Shown piece by piece: positions 1 through 9,031 of a stretch of 55,695 nt of DNA (position 1 is its first letter; the number at the start of each line of letters is the position of its first letter). The notes beneath the pieces are model-generated. The model was not told where the DNA came from and searched no databases. It worked only from the letters and a program-made list of their open reading frames with translations. Source of the DNA: an uncultured Desulfobacterales bacterium (lineage in GTDB: Bacteria; Desulfobacterota; Desulfobacteria; Desulfobacterales; ETH-SRB1); NCBI GenBank assembly GCA_965195235.1, contig CBDAFK010000159.1, positions 1 through 55,695 of the forward strand, given 5' to 3'. Made by a program: the position numbers and the translations under genes.

Positions 1-978
1 ACAGATCATCGCCTGGGCAAAATGGAAAATAACTGCGATTGGCAAATCTCTGCCCGAAAAACCAGGACTGAAGGGAAGCAATATCGGGGAGCTTTCTTTG
101 TTCAGGACGAGATTGATGTTGGAAGACTTCTTGCTACGTTAAGTGCGAGGATGGACTGGTATAAGATATCTGATGGCTCTTTTTATGATTCAGCAGGCAC
201 AAGCGAGAAATACTCTGATAAATCAGGTGAGGAGTTTAATCCAAAACTGGGGCTGGTCTATCATCTGACCGATTCGACTGCTCTGCGGGGCTCTGTGGGA
301 CGGGCATCCAATATCCCTTATCTATATTCCCTGTATGGCACATGGGAGTGTCCCCCAGGGAAATTTAACGAAGGAAACCCTGATCTGGGCGTGGAATATA
401 CTATTGGCTATGAGGCAGGAATAGAGCAGCGTTTCGGAAATCAAGTAACATTACGCATGACCGGATTTTACAATGATATAAATGACTGGATGGCCAGGAT
501 TTACAATAAGACACAAGCAGGGGTTAAGTATTATAAGTGGCAAAATATAGATGAGGCGGAAACCAGCGGCATCGAATTAGAAGCAGAATACAGGCCCGTT
601 GCATCGCTCAAACTCTATGCCAATTATAATTACCTCCATACAGAGATAAGAGAGTACAAAGACAAACCGGAATACGAGGGAAACAGGCTTGACGGCCAGC
701 CTCGCTACCGCTTCAATTCCGGTTTTACCTATACCAATCCGGATATGTTCACAATTAACGTAAGACAACGTTACGTGGGCGATCGTTATGATGATATGGA
801 AAATGACCAGAAGCTCGACGCTTATACAACTTTTGATGTCAAAATTTCCAGAGATATTACTAAATTTATAGTGGCGTCCTTAGAGGTCGAAAATATCTTT
901 GACGAGGTCTGGCAGGAATCATATCAGTGGGAGACGCCAGGACGGATGATCTTTGGCAGGGTAAAGATAATGTTTTAA
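1..978 (+). CDS. TonB-dependent outer-membrane receptor, C-terminal barrel part (5' end outside window)
   Basis: Frame open from nt 1. Shares motifs with the complete receptor at 2186..4039 ([16 protein letters not shown], LRGSxGR, NPDL, NIDEAxTxGIE). Ends in an aromatic residue (..KIMF), typical of OM barrels. Confidence 0.8.
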   Translation, partial: TDHRLGKMENNCDWQISARKTRTEGKQYRGAFFVQDEIDVGRLLATLSARMDWYKISDGSFYDSAGTSEKYSDKSGEEFNPKLGLVYHLTDSTALRGSVGRASNIPYLYSLYGTWECPPGKFNEGNPDLGVEYTIGYEAGIEQRFGNQVTLRMTGFYNDINDWMARIYNKTQAGVKYYKWQNIDEAETSGIELEAEYRPVASLKLYANYNYLHTEIREYKDKPEYEGNRLDGQPRYRFNSGFTYTNPDMFTINVRQRYVGDRYDDMENDQKLDAYTTFDVKISRDITKFIVASLEVENIFDEVWQESYQWETPGRMIFGRVKIMF

Positions 979-993
979 ACAGGGAGCAATCAT

Positions 994-1944
994 ATGAAAA
1001 TCAAGAAGAAAAGTTTTTATTTGAAAACAGTGGCAGTTCTTGCGGCGATATTGGGTCTTATTACATTTTGTGTTACGCCACTTGCTGCGAGAAGTGAATA
1101 CAGGTGTGAGAAAGTCAATGCCATATTTATATCCGACAGGATTACAGATGTTGCCTATCGCCTCGGGGCAGTGCCGGTTGCGTATTGCGCGCGTTGCTGC
1201 TGGCCTATGACCCAAAAAGAGCTTTCTACTGTGACCAGGCTTGGATGTTACAGATGCGCCACAGTTGATTCGGTCATTAAAACAGCGGATAAACATAAAG
1301 TCAGGTTAATCCTGATTGAGAATGGCAGTGTCAGCATCAACAAAGACTGGAACTGGACGGATAAATTTTTAAAACCTTTAAAGGAACATGGCTACGATAT
1401 ACACGTCATAGACTTTTCAAAAGGGGTGCCCGGGGCTATCCTTGAAATAGGCAAGGCGCTTGGAAGGAAAGATAAGGCCATGGATCTTGCAAGGGAATAC
1501 ACAAGGTCGCTCAAGAGGATTAGAAACGCGATTCCCGCCACGAGAGCAGATAAAAAGATTCTGATTCTGCATGGTTGGGGAAAACGTGGTGTCCGTGTCG
1601 AAGCGCCGGGAGGCTATTCTGACCGGTTTCTGCTTGAACCGCTGGGGTGTATAAATGCGGGAAGCCTGATCAAAAAACAGGATACGAAAGTAAATAAAGG
1701 GTATTTTCCGCTTAAGAGCTGGCAGGCTGTTTTAAAGGCAAATCCTGATATTATTGTAACATATGGAAACTCCTATACTGTGCAAAAGAACCTTGTCCGG
1801 GCCTTAAAGACGCGCCCTGAATTAGCAAAGGTTACAGCCATAAGAAACCATGCGATTTATGCCCTTCCGTTCTATATGGACTCTTCGGTAACTCAGTATC
1901 CAAAAATTTTGAAGGTATGGGTAGATGCTGCCTATAAAGAATAA
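994..1944 (+). CDS. Periplasmic substrate-binding protein, Fe-siderophore/heme/cobalamin (FecB/BtuF-like) family
   Basis: N-terminal signal-like hydrophobic segment. C-terminal half resembles PF01497-type binders (..ANPDIIV.., ..VTAIRNHAIYALP..). Lies between two TonB-dependent receptor genes, with SD gggag upstream. Confidence 0.55.
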   Translation: MKIKKKSFYLKTVAVLAAILGLITFCVTPLAARSEYRCEKVNAIFISDRITDVAYRLGAVPVAYCARCCWPMTQKELSTVTRLGCYRCATVDSVIKTADKHKVRLILIENGSVSINKDWNWTDKFLKPLKEHGYDIHVIDFSKGVPGAILEIGKALGRKDKAMDLAREYTRSLKRIRNAIPATRADKKILILHGWGKRGVRVEAPGGYSDRFLLEPLGCINAGSLIKKQDTKVNKGYFPLKSWQAVLKANPDIIVTYGNSYTVQKNLVRALKTRPELAKVTAIRNHAIYALPFYMDSSVTQYPKILKVWVDAAYKE

Positions 1945-2088
1945 AAAAGATACAAAATACCCGAAACAAAGGAGGTGATAAATATTGATTACCCTGATTG
2001 AGTGGAGCTCAGTTTTTTTCAGGGGGTTGTAAGGGGAAAGGCGGCTCTCCCGGCAAAGAGTGAGACCGCCTTTCCGGTGGGAGGCAGG

Positions 2089-2110
2089 CCTGGTTAGATA
2101 TCTAACCAGG
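2089..2110. promoter_or_regulatory. Perfect 22-nt palindrome cctggttagatatctaaccagg in the leader of the receptor gene (operator or RNA hairpin candidate)
   Basis: Read directly. Preceded by a 10-bp-stem hairpin ggaaaggcgg..ccgcctttcc at 2035..2075. Confidence 0.3.
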
Positions 2111-2185
2111 CTACCCCTCAGTTCTTTTTTTATCAGAGCTGAGAGGGTCTTGTCAATTTTTATATGATAGGGAGGAGAACGGATC

Positions 2186-4039
2186 ATGAAACAGTTCAAA
2201 ACAATAATATGGTTGTTTACATTAGTTTTTGCCTTTGCCTTTGGGGCACAGGCGCAAGAGATAGTTGAACTCGAGAAAACGGTTGTCACAGCTACTAAAA
2301 CCGAGCATACCCTGGGTGATGTGCCCGTAGCCGCCGAGGTTATTACCAAAGAGGAGATTAAGGCCAAAAATATCAAAACTGTTCAGGATGCTCTTATACA
2401 TCTTACCGGAATAAAGATCACAAAATCTGGTGGAAGTTGGGGTGATAAAGGAAAGGTGCAAATTCAGGGTCTTGATGCAAGCCACACCCTGATACTAATA
2501 GATGGCCAAAGACTCTTAGGAGGACATGGCGCTGCTATAGATTTACAGCAAATCTCTATAGAGATGATTGAAAGAATCGAGATAGTAAAAGGACCTGCGG
2601 CTGCTCTTTATGGAAGTGATGCCATAGGCGGGGTGGTCAATATCATTACCAGGTCTGCTCCCAAGAAGCCTGCATTTTCTGCTTCCACTGCCTTTGGCAG
2701 CCGGAAAACCCAGGTTCATGAGGCAAGCGGCGGCTTTAAAAAAGATAAGTTTGGCGCTTTTCTCAATTTCACCTACAGGGAATCTGATGGCGTAGAGGCT
2801 GAATACATTAGTAGTGGAAAAAAACAAAGTGATCACTATGATGAGTATATTTTCCAGGGAAATTTCCAGTATGACTTTACTCCTCAATCGAAACTAAGCG
2901 TCAAGCCCTATTACTCTGAGCATACAACAAAAGAGGGAATTTCTGCCACGGAAATGCAGGACAGGACCCAGGAAAGAGTCGGCCTCAATTCTGTCTGGGA
3001 ATGGGAGCCTGACCAATTATCAAAATTAAGCCTGAGAGGCTCCTGGTTCAATTATGAACACTATCTGGATGATAAGACAACAGATTGGGAAAATGACAAC
3101 TATGAAGGAGAGATAAATTATAGCCGATTAATCTTAGATAGACATGCTCTAACCGGTGGCTATCACTACTATAAAGGAGAAGTAGATGATAAAGGAAAGC
3201 AATACTCGGCTGATCAGACTACTAATAGTTTCTTTATCCAGGATGAGATAGATTTTGAGCCCATTACCTTTGTCCTGGGCGCCAGGGTAGATGATCACGA
3301 CAGATGGGGCACAGAGGTCAATCCTAAAGCAAGTGTGCTTTACAGGGTAACTGAGGATTTTAAATTAAGAGGTTCGGCAGGTCGGTCTTTCAGGGCCCCC
3401 ACACTCGTTAAACTTTACGCAGATGGTTGGAGGATGGGCCCATGGCTTGTCCATGCTAATCCTGATCTAAAACCAGAAAAATCTGTCGGTTATCAATTGG
3501 GTGCAGAGTATACATTCTTCGAGAAACACCTTGGTAAAGTTTCCTTTTTCAGGAACGAGATCGAAGATTTGATAAGTTCTCGAACAGTAAGCGGGGGGAG
3601 GCCTCCCTGGGATATGTACTGGGAAAACATAGATGAAGCAACTACTCAGGGTATAGAGGCAAGTTTAATCAATCAGCTAACGGATAATCTAACCAGTAGA
3701 TTGGGATATACCTATCTCGATACAGAAAATGAGGAAACCCATAACGAACTCAAAAGGAAACCAAAACACAAGGTGGATGCAGAACTTAACTGGAGATTAC
3801 CTGAGTTTGGCCTCAATTTGAATTTTTCCGGTCAATATATCGGCAAAAGATACGATGATGAGGAAAATACCACCAGATTGGAAGCTTATACCATATTTGA
3901 TTTTGCTCTAACCAAGGATATTACCAAGTATGGTGAAATATTTTTCCGGGTGGATAATATTTTTGGCAAGGAAGACATCGAGGATGAATATGATATAGAT
4001 GGCGCCGAGTTTTTATGCGGAGTGAAAATAACTTTATAA
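2186..4039 (+). CDS. TonB-dependent receptor (617 aa, BtuB/CirA size class)
   Basis: Signal peptide, TonB-box-like VVTATK, and plug motifs ([43 protein letters not shown]). Long beta-barrel region. SD ggagga upstream. Confidence 0.9.
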   Translation: MKQFKTIIWLFTLVFAFAFGAQAQEIVELEKTVVTATKTEHTLGDVPVAAEVITKEEIKAKNIKTVQDALIHLTGIKITKSGGSWGDKGKVQIQGLDASHTLILIDGQRLLGGHGAAIDLQQISIEMIERIEIVKGPAAALYGSDAIGGVVNIITRSAPKKPAFSASTAFGSRKTQVHEASGGFKKDKFGAFLNFTYRESDGVEAEYISSGKKQSDHYDEYIFQGNFQYDFTPQSKLSVKPYYSEHTTKEGISATEMQDRTQERVGLNSVWEWEPDQLSKLSLRGSWFNYEHYLDDKTTDWENDNYEGEINYSRLILDRHALTGGYHYYKGEVDDKGKQYSADQTTNSFFIQDEIDFEPITFVLGARVDDHDRWGTEVNPKASVLYRVTEDFKLRGSAGRSFRAPTLVKLYADGWRMGPWLVHANPDLKPEKSVGYQLGAEYTFFEKHLGKVSFFRNEIEDLISSRTVSGGRPPWDMYWENIDEATTQGIEASLINQLTDNLTSRLGYTYLDTENEETHNELKRKPKHKVDAELNWRLPEFGLNLNFSGQYIGKRYDDEENTTRLEAYTIFDFALTKDITKYGEIFFRVDNIFGKEDIEDEYDIDGAEFLCGVKITL

Positions 4040-4126
4040 TTGTGTCGGCGTTCCGTGCCCGCAAGCTCATATCTTTACGGGCACGGCATTTCTCATAATA
4101 GAGGTTTCCGTCACTCCCTTAACCTG

Positions 4127-5638
4127 ATGAAGGAAAAAACAATGGAAAGTAAAAGTAAAAAAACAAGGAATATAATAGGCATAGTCTTAGGCATTCTGAT
4201 AGTATTGGTTGTCTGGTCTATGGTAAGCGCAATGGGTAGCAGAGAAAAACCGGACGACGATAAACATCTCGGCATTGCGGAATATGAAAAGGGGAATTAC
4301 CAGGAGGCCATCAAATATTATAATAAGGGATTAGAAGCCAAGCCCGGTGATTCATGTTTGTTCAATAACCGTGGCCTGGCCTGTTATGAACTCAGAAACT
4401 ATGATGAGGCGCTTTCTGATTTTAGCAAGGCAATAGAACTAAAACCTGGCTTTACAGATGCCTATTTTAACCGAGGAAAAGCATACTGGAGAAAAGGAGA
4501 ACATAAAGATAAAGAGTCGCTGAAGAAAGCAATTTCTGATTTCAGTAAAGTCATAAAATTAAACCCTGATGATATGGAGGCTTATTACAACAGGGGGCTT
4601 GCTTACAGTAGTTTTGTCCATCACTGGAATAAAAAGGTCGATGATAGTTCTAAGCTTTCCGGATTTTCCCCTGATGAAACATATAATTTTGTTAAAGCCC
4701 TTGTTGATTTCCAAAAAGTAATCGACTCAGATTCTTCTTATAGCGCTCTCGCTATAGCCGGAAGAGCCAATCTCTTTTACAGGCACGCTAATTGGAAAGT
4801 GGCGATAATGGAATACAAGAAGGCGATAGAACGTAAGGAAGAAATTATAAAGGTCGTGGGCAAGGAAGGATATGGTGGGATGTTCGCACCTATGGGAAGA
4901 ACGTATCTATCGTTGGGAGAAATTGAGAACTCATATTCGAGTTATAAGAAATTCATGGATCTGGTTCCTGATCCTATGGCAACCTTCCATGAACAAGGGC
5001 CAACCTTTGGAATGGGCTATGCACTACATGTTGCTCAAAGTTTGAAGAAATACGAAAAAGCAATTGAATGGTATGACAGGAGAATTGCTATAAGTGAGAA
5101 GCCAAAAACGAGTGATTATTCGGGTAAAGGATTCTGCTATTACAAACTAAAGGAATATGACAAAGCAATCACGAATTACAATAAATGCCTGGATTTATAT
5201 GCTACCACAGAAACCCCTCAACATGAATATGGTTCTTCTGAAGGAGATGCCTGGAGATATCTGGGCATGATATACAAGGAAAAAGGAGACATTGGAAGAG
5301 CCGAAAAAGAATTTCGTAATGCTATACGAGTCTATAGTAAAAAGAAGAAAGGAGGAGGAAGGGTTAGATATGAAGGAAGAGGTCTGTGTTATCTTGAACT
5401 TGGGGAATATGATAAAGCAATTTCTGATTTTGAAAAAATAAAAGAATCAAAAATATATCCTCAAAAATATATAACCGCCCAAAAGAATATTGGTGTCACC
5501 TATCTAAAAATAGGGGATAAGGGAAAAGCAGAAGAATATTTTGAGAAAACAATAGAAATGGCCAAAGGGTATGAAAAAAAGAAGGATGAATATAAGGACA
5601 TAATCGAAGAAACAGAGAAGTTATTAAATGAAATATAA
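4127..5638 (+). CDS. Membrane-anchored TPR-repeat protein
   Basis: One N-terminal TM helix (IIGIVLGILIVLVVWSMV) followed by multiple TPR-like units (..YNxGxAyxxLxxYdEAixdFxKAIeLxP..). Start 4127 or 4142; the ORF-track start 4040 lacks an SD. Confidence 0.75.
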   Translation: MKEKTMESKSKKTRNIIGIVLGILIVLVVWSMVSAMGSREKPDDDKHLGIAEYEKGNYQEAIKYYNKGLEAKPGDSCLFNNRGLACYELRNYDEALSDFSKAIELKPGFTDAYFNRGKAYWRKGEHKDKESLKKAISDFSKVIKLNPDDMEAYYNRGLAYSSFVHHWNKKVDDSSKLSGFSPDETYNFVKALVDFQKVIDSDSSYSALAIAGRANLFYRHANWKVAIMEYKKAIERKEEIIKVVGKEGYGGMFAPMGRTYLSLGEIENSYSSYKKFMDLVPDPMATFHEQGPTFGMGYALHVAQSLKKYEKAIEWYDRRIAISEKPKTSDYSGKGFCYYKLKEYDKAITNYNKCLDLYATTETPQHEYGSSEGDAWRYLGMIYKEKGDIGRAEKEFRNAIRVYSKKKKGGGRVRYEGRGLCYLELGEYDKAISDFEKIKESKIYPQKYITAQKNIGVTYLKIGDKGKAEEYFEKTIEMAKGYEKKKDEYKDIIEETEKLLNEI

Positions 5639-5666
5639 GCTTGATTTTTAAAGGAGGTAAAAAATT

Positions 5667-5822
5667 ATGTGTTTACCGATCAGTGTTCTTACAAAAGGGC
5701 GAGTTAGTGGCTGCCTTGGGGTATGCAATCTGTGGCCTTATATCAGCGCTCTGGCAGTCCTTTGCGCTGGGATGGCATGGAACTTTGTTCGTGGAGGATT
5801 TTCCAGGAAGGAGCTTGGATAG
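5667..5822 (+). CDS. Unannotated small ORF, 51 aa, hydrophobic with 4 Cys (MCLPISVLTKGRVSGCLGVCNLWPYISALAVLCAGMAWNFVRGGFSRKELG)
   Basis: Translated by hand. Strong SD aaaggagg at 5650-5657, 9 nt before the ATG. Lies directly upstream of the radical SAM/SPASM gene. Too short for the ORF track. Confidence 0.4.
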   Translation: MCLPISVLTKGRVSGCLGVCNLWPYISALAVLCAGMAWNFVRGGFSRKELG

Positions 5823-5827
5823 AATAG

Positions 5828-5942
5828 CCACAGACACACGCAGACGACACAGACAATCCACTGGGCGACCCCGCCCAGTGGATGATGTCAGCCCTTCGGG
5901 GCCACAGGGGAAAAGTCTGTGTATGTCCGTGTGGGTCTGTGG
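5828..5942 (+). ncRNA. Y-shaped structured inverted-repeat element (cis-acting RNA candidate)
   Basis: About 25-bp imperfect outer stem (5828-5854 with 5915-5942), including two G-U pairs that work only in plus-strand RNA. Inner hairpins are ccactgggcg-accc-cgcccagtgg (5858-5881) and gccc-ttcg-gggc (5891-5902, UUCG tetraloop). Confidence 0.4.
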
Positions 5943-5956
5943 CTAATTAAACATAA

Positions 5957-6829
5957 ATGAATTTGTTATTTCCACAAACAACCTTGCAGATTGAACCTAC
6001 GCGCAGATGCAACCTGAATTGCAAGATATGTATACGCCCAAATTTGAATGAATTAACTGTCTCGCTTTCCTTAAAAGATTTTAGAAAGATATTTGATTCG
6101 TCTAATTTCAGGCACGTCGCCCTGCATGGATGGGGTGAGCCGCTATTGAATTCTGAATTATTTCAGATGGTAAAATACGCCGAGTCCAAAGGGGTTTCAA
6201 CTGAACTTACTACGAATGCTACGTTGCTTGAGACAAACATAGAAAGTATCCTTGCCAGCGGTTTAAGCAGCATTGTATTTGGGATACACGACAATGAGAA
6301 GCTGCCGGTTGTTGGGTCTCAGATTAGAGAGCTGGTAACTCGGCGTAGCCTAGAAAGATTGAGGAAACCTAAAGCCTACGTTGATATTGTCATATATGAA
6401 GGAAATCGGAATCGGATAGAGCATTTGGTGGAGACTGCGGCTGAATTGAGCATAGACGCAGTCGTTCTGCACAGGGTTTTTGATATCCGACAGGCGGGTC
6501 CTGACACACGGTATATTTCTGTTCAGGACGAAAAAATGCTCTTTAAAAGGGTAAAGAATCTGGCAAGAAGAGTAAAGCTAAAATTATATTTGCCTCCGGA
6601 ACCATCCATACCTTGCAGGGCGGTCAGGTATAGTCTTTTTGTTACATCTGAGGGCAAAATCACTCCATGCCCCTATTTGCCGGAGTTCTATATGGGAGAT
6701 GCAATTAACGGAGACCTGAAAAAGGTTATCTGTTCAGAAAGATATCAAAGTTTTGTCAGAAACATGAAAAAGCATCCTGTCTGCAGCAAATGCCCATTGG
6801 GCTCCACAGGCGGCAACTTCTATAACTAA
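5957..6829 (+). CDS. Radical SAM enzyme with C-terminal SPASM/twitch-like Cys cluster
   Basis: CxxxCxxC motif (RRCNLNCKIC). C-terminal ..ITPCPYLPEFYMGDAINGDLKKVICSERYQSFVRNMKKHPVCSKCPLG. Confidence 0.85.
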   Translation: MNLLFPQTTLQIEPTRRCNLNCKICIRPNLNELTVSLSLKDFRKIFDSSNFRHVALHGWGEPLLNSELFQMVKYAESKGVSTELTTNATLLETNIESILASGLSSIVFGIHDNEKLPVVGSQIRELVTRRSLERLRKPKAYVDIVIYEGNRNRIEHLVETAAELSIDAVVLHRVFDIRQAGPDTRYISVQDEKMLFKRVKNLARRVKLKLYLPPEPSIPCRAVRYSLFVTSEGKITPCPYLPEFYMGDAINGDLKKVICSERYQSFVRNMKKHPVCSKCPLGSTGGNFYN

Positions 6830-7088
6830 AGTTTCTCACCCTTAATTTCTAACAACATCAAGACAGCAAAGGAGCTGAATTTATTTCAGCCCTTGCTGTT
6901 TAAAGCTTTTGACCGGTTTGCTCCACGCAAGCCACGTCCTTTAGGGCGGGGTCAAGTGGAGCTATATAAAAATGTTTATCTTCCTTACCGGGAAGCCCCG
7001 CCTTTTAAGGCGAGGAGCTTCACAAATAAAATGGGTGCGAAACTTGAGTTCTATAATTTAACCTTTTCCAACAAAGCGTGTCTAATAA

Positions 7089-7619
7089 GTGAATGATCTA
7101 ATCTTAGTGGAAAAATTCAAAGGTGGAGATAGGACGGCTTTCAAGGAACTTGTCCTGAAATATCAAAAAGAAATTTATTTTTTGGCCTGCAGGATGGTGT
7201 TCAACAAAGAGGATGCAGCCGATGTTGTGCAGGAAATTTTTGTTCAGGTTTTTAAAAAGATCCATCAGTTTCGTTCTGCTTCCACGTTCAAGACCTGGCT
7301 TTACCGGGTTGCTATCAACCAGTGCAAGAATTTCTTGCGCGTGTTGAAGAAAAATCGAGAGCTTGCGCCGATTGAAAATTATGCTGTGACTGACCCGAAA
7401 GATTCCCAACTGGATCTGTTGCTGAAAAACGAAAGAGTCGATTTGATCAGTGAAACTATAGAAAAGCTGCCAAAAAAACAGAAGGCTGTTTTGATTCTGA
7501 GAACTTATCATGAGCTTTCTTATAAGGAAATCGCAGAAATCGTAGGCGGGTCGGTTAACTCTGCCAAGGTTAACTTTTCTCATGCGATAGAAAATATAAA
7601 AAGGCTTGTGGGTAAGTAG
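7089..7619 (+). CDS. ECF-type RNA polymerase sigma-70 family factor
   Basis: 176 aa. Region 2 (..AADVVQEIFVQVFKKIHQF..FKTWLYRVAINQCKNF) and region 4 HTH (LSYKEIAEIVGGSVNSAKVNFSHA). Confidence 0.9.
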   Translation: MNDLILVEKFKGGDRTAFKELVLKYQKEIYFLACRMVFNKEDAADVVQEIFVQVFKKIHQFRSASTFKTWLYRVAINQCKNFLRVLKKNRELAPIENYAVTDPKDSQLDLLLKNERVDLISETIEKLPKKQKAVLILRTYHELSYKEIAEIVGGSVNSAKVNFSHAIENIKRLVGK

Positions 7620-7648
7620 GAGCTGTTACATAGGAACCAGGGTTTGGT

Positions 7649-8278
7649 ATGAATTGCAAAACGATAAAAAAGCGGTTTTTGACGGACTACGTGGAAGGAA
7701 ATTTAGAGCTGGATCAAAAGACTCTCGTAGAGGATCATCTGGCGAATTGCCTCCAATGCCGGGAGCATTTTGGGGAAATCCAACGTATTGCGTCTCTTTT
7801 GAAATCCTATACTGTTGCGGATCCTGGAGAAGTTTTCTGGGATGGGCTTACGTCAAAAATTTATTCACGGGTAAACAAGAAAAAACCTGCGCAAAAAAAG
7901 CCCTGGGAAATTCTGCAAGAGTGGATGACCTGGAAAAGATTAGTGTACACTGCCACTCCCGTTTTGTTAATTCTTCTCCTTCTTTTTCCGGCCCATCATT
8001 TTTACCAATCCCATTTTTCAGAATTTACCAGTCAAGAAAATGTGCTGACCGTGGAGGAAATCGGAAATGAATTTTTGTTAATAGACGAATACTTAATTCA
8101 GATGCCGGCAAATCAGTTGGAAAAATTTGTGCAAAAAATGGCCTGGCTCATCTTAAGTCCTGAGGTCTTAGCCTGGCAGGAGTCCTTGGATGGGCTGGGA
8201 TTGGGGACAGATGAAGAAATCTTTCAGATGCGGAAAGAAAACATGGAGTTATTGGCAAAAAGACTGCACGAGGTTTAA
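7649..8278 (+). CDS. Anti-sigma factor (zf-HC2 type), single TM
   Basis: N-terminal H-x3-C-x2-C (HLANCLQCREHF), central TM helix, and position immediately after the ECF sigma gene. Confidence 0.7.
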   Translation: MNCKTIKKRFLTDYVEGNLELDQKTLVEDHLANCLQCREHFGEIQRIASLLKSYTVADPGEVFWDGLTSKIYSRVNKKKPAQKKPWEILQEWMTWKRLVYTATPVLLILLLLFPAHHFYQSHFSEFTSQENVLTVEEIGNEFLLIDEYLIQMPANQLEKFVQKMAWLILSPEVLAWQESLDGLGLGTDEEIFQMRKENMELLAKRLHEV

Positions 8279-8297
8279 TTTATAAAAGGAGGGATCT

Positions 8298-8789
8298 GTG
8301 AAAACTAAAATTTTTTGTATTGTTTTCGGCTTTGTTGTCATCCTGTCAATGACGCTGGAAACTGCCGTGGCCCAGAATCAAAAAATGGAGCGGGCGCTGG
8401 AACGTATAAATACAGTCAGGCTGCTTAAGATGATAGATGCCCTTGGGTTGGAAAAAGAAACAGCGGCAAAGCTTGCTTCCATATCGAACAAATATTGTGA
8501 GACCCGAAAAAGCCTTTTACGGAACACGAGAAAAGAGTTAAACGCATTGCGACAGATTTTAAGGAAGGATAGTCTGGATGAAGGTGAGTTAAAAAAAGTT
8601 GTAGGGCAGGTAAAAAGCCTTACAAAGGAATTAGCGGATTTAAAACTGCACCAGATGGATGAGGAGATGAATCTTCTAACGCATGAGCAACAGGCCAGGT
8701 ATTTAATTTTTAATGTAGATTTTCATAAAAAAATGCGCGGGTTGATTCAAGAAATCAGAGGGGCAGAAAAAAAGAAACCGAAAGAATAG
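8298..8789 (+). CDS. Periplasmic LTXXQ-motif (Spy/CpxP-like) protein
   Basis: Signal peptide, helical Lys/Glu-rich sequence, LTHEQQ motif, SD aaggagg. Confidence 0.6.
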   Translation: MKTKIFCIVFGFVVILSMTLETAVAQNQKMERALERINTVRLLKMIDALGLEKETAAKLASISNKYCETRKSLLRNTRKELNALRQILRKDSLDEGELKKVVGQVKSLTKELADLKLHQMDEEMNLLTHEQQARYLIFNVDFHKKMRGLIQEIRGAEKKKPKE

Positions 8790-8841
8790 AATTGGCGTAA
8801 TAGTGTTATCGAAGCGGATTTACGTAAATGAATAGAAAAAT

Positions 8842-9031
8842 GGTTAATGGTTCAAAGTTCCGGGGTTCACGGTTCAGGGTTAAACAGATGAGCTGATAGC
8901 TGTTAAACTGATAAACTATGAGTTATCTGAGCTCATTATGTCACCCAGGATACGCCTAACTGTGAACTGTGAACTGTAAACTGTGAACCTTGAACTGTGA
9001 ACCTTGAACTGTGAATTCTGAACCTGTGAAC
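8842..9031. repeat. Inverted heptamer arrays (ggttcaN units at 8842-8881; ctgtgaa/ccttgaa units at 8958-9031) around a small palindromic core
   Basis: Read directly. The core contains atgagct...agctcat. Confidence 0.9.

Noticed and set aside
1945-2185. Cobalamin riboswitch upstream of a BtuB-sized TonB receptor
   Set aside because: I found no B12-box-like core (..AGYCMGGAGACCKGCC.. / GCCACTG) on the plus strand, only generic hairpins. A partial CCTGCC match lies on the wrong strand.
5641-5946. 101-aa track ORF between the TPR gene and the radical SAM gene
   Set aside because: It has a TTG start without an SD. Its 3' half is simply the translation of the long inverted-repeat structure (5828-5942). 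The 51-codon ORF at 5667 in another frame has a far better SD.
6893-7096. 67-aa ORF between the radical SAM and ECF sigma genes
   Set aside because: It has no SD and a TTG start. The region contains an imperfect inverted repeat (cctttagggcgggg / ccccgccttttaagg), suggesting a structural or terminator element rather than a gene.
7606-8070. 154-aa ORF overlapping the anti-sigma gene in another frame
   Set aside because: The zf-HC2 motif and TM helix support the 7649-8278 frame. The alternative frame is Arg/Ser/Gly-rich and has no motifs.
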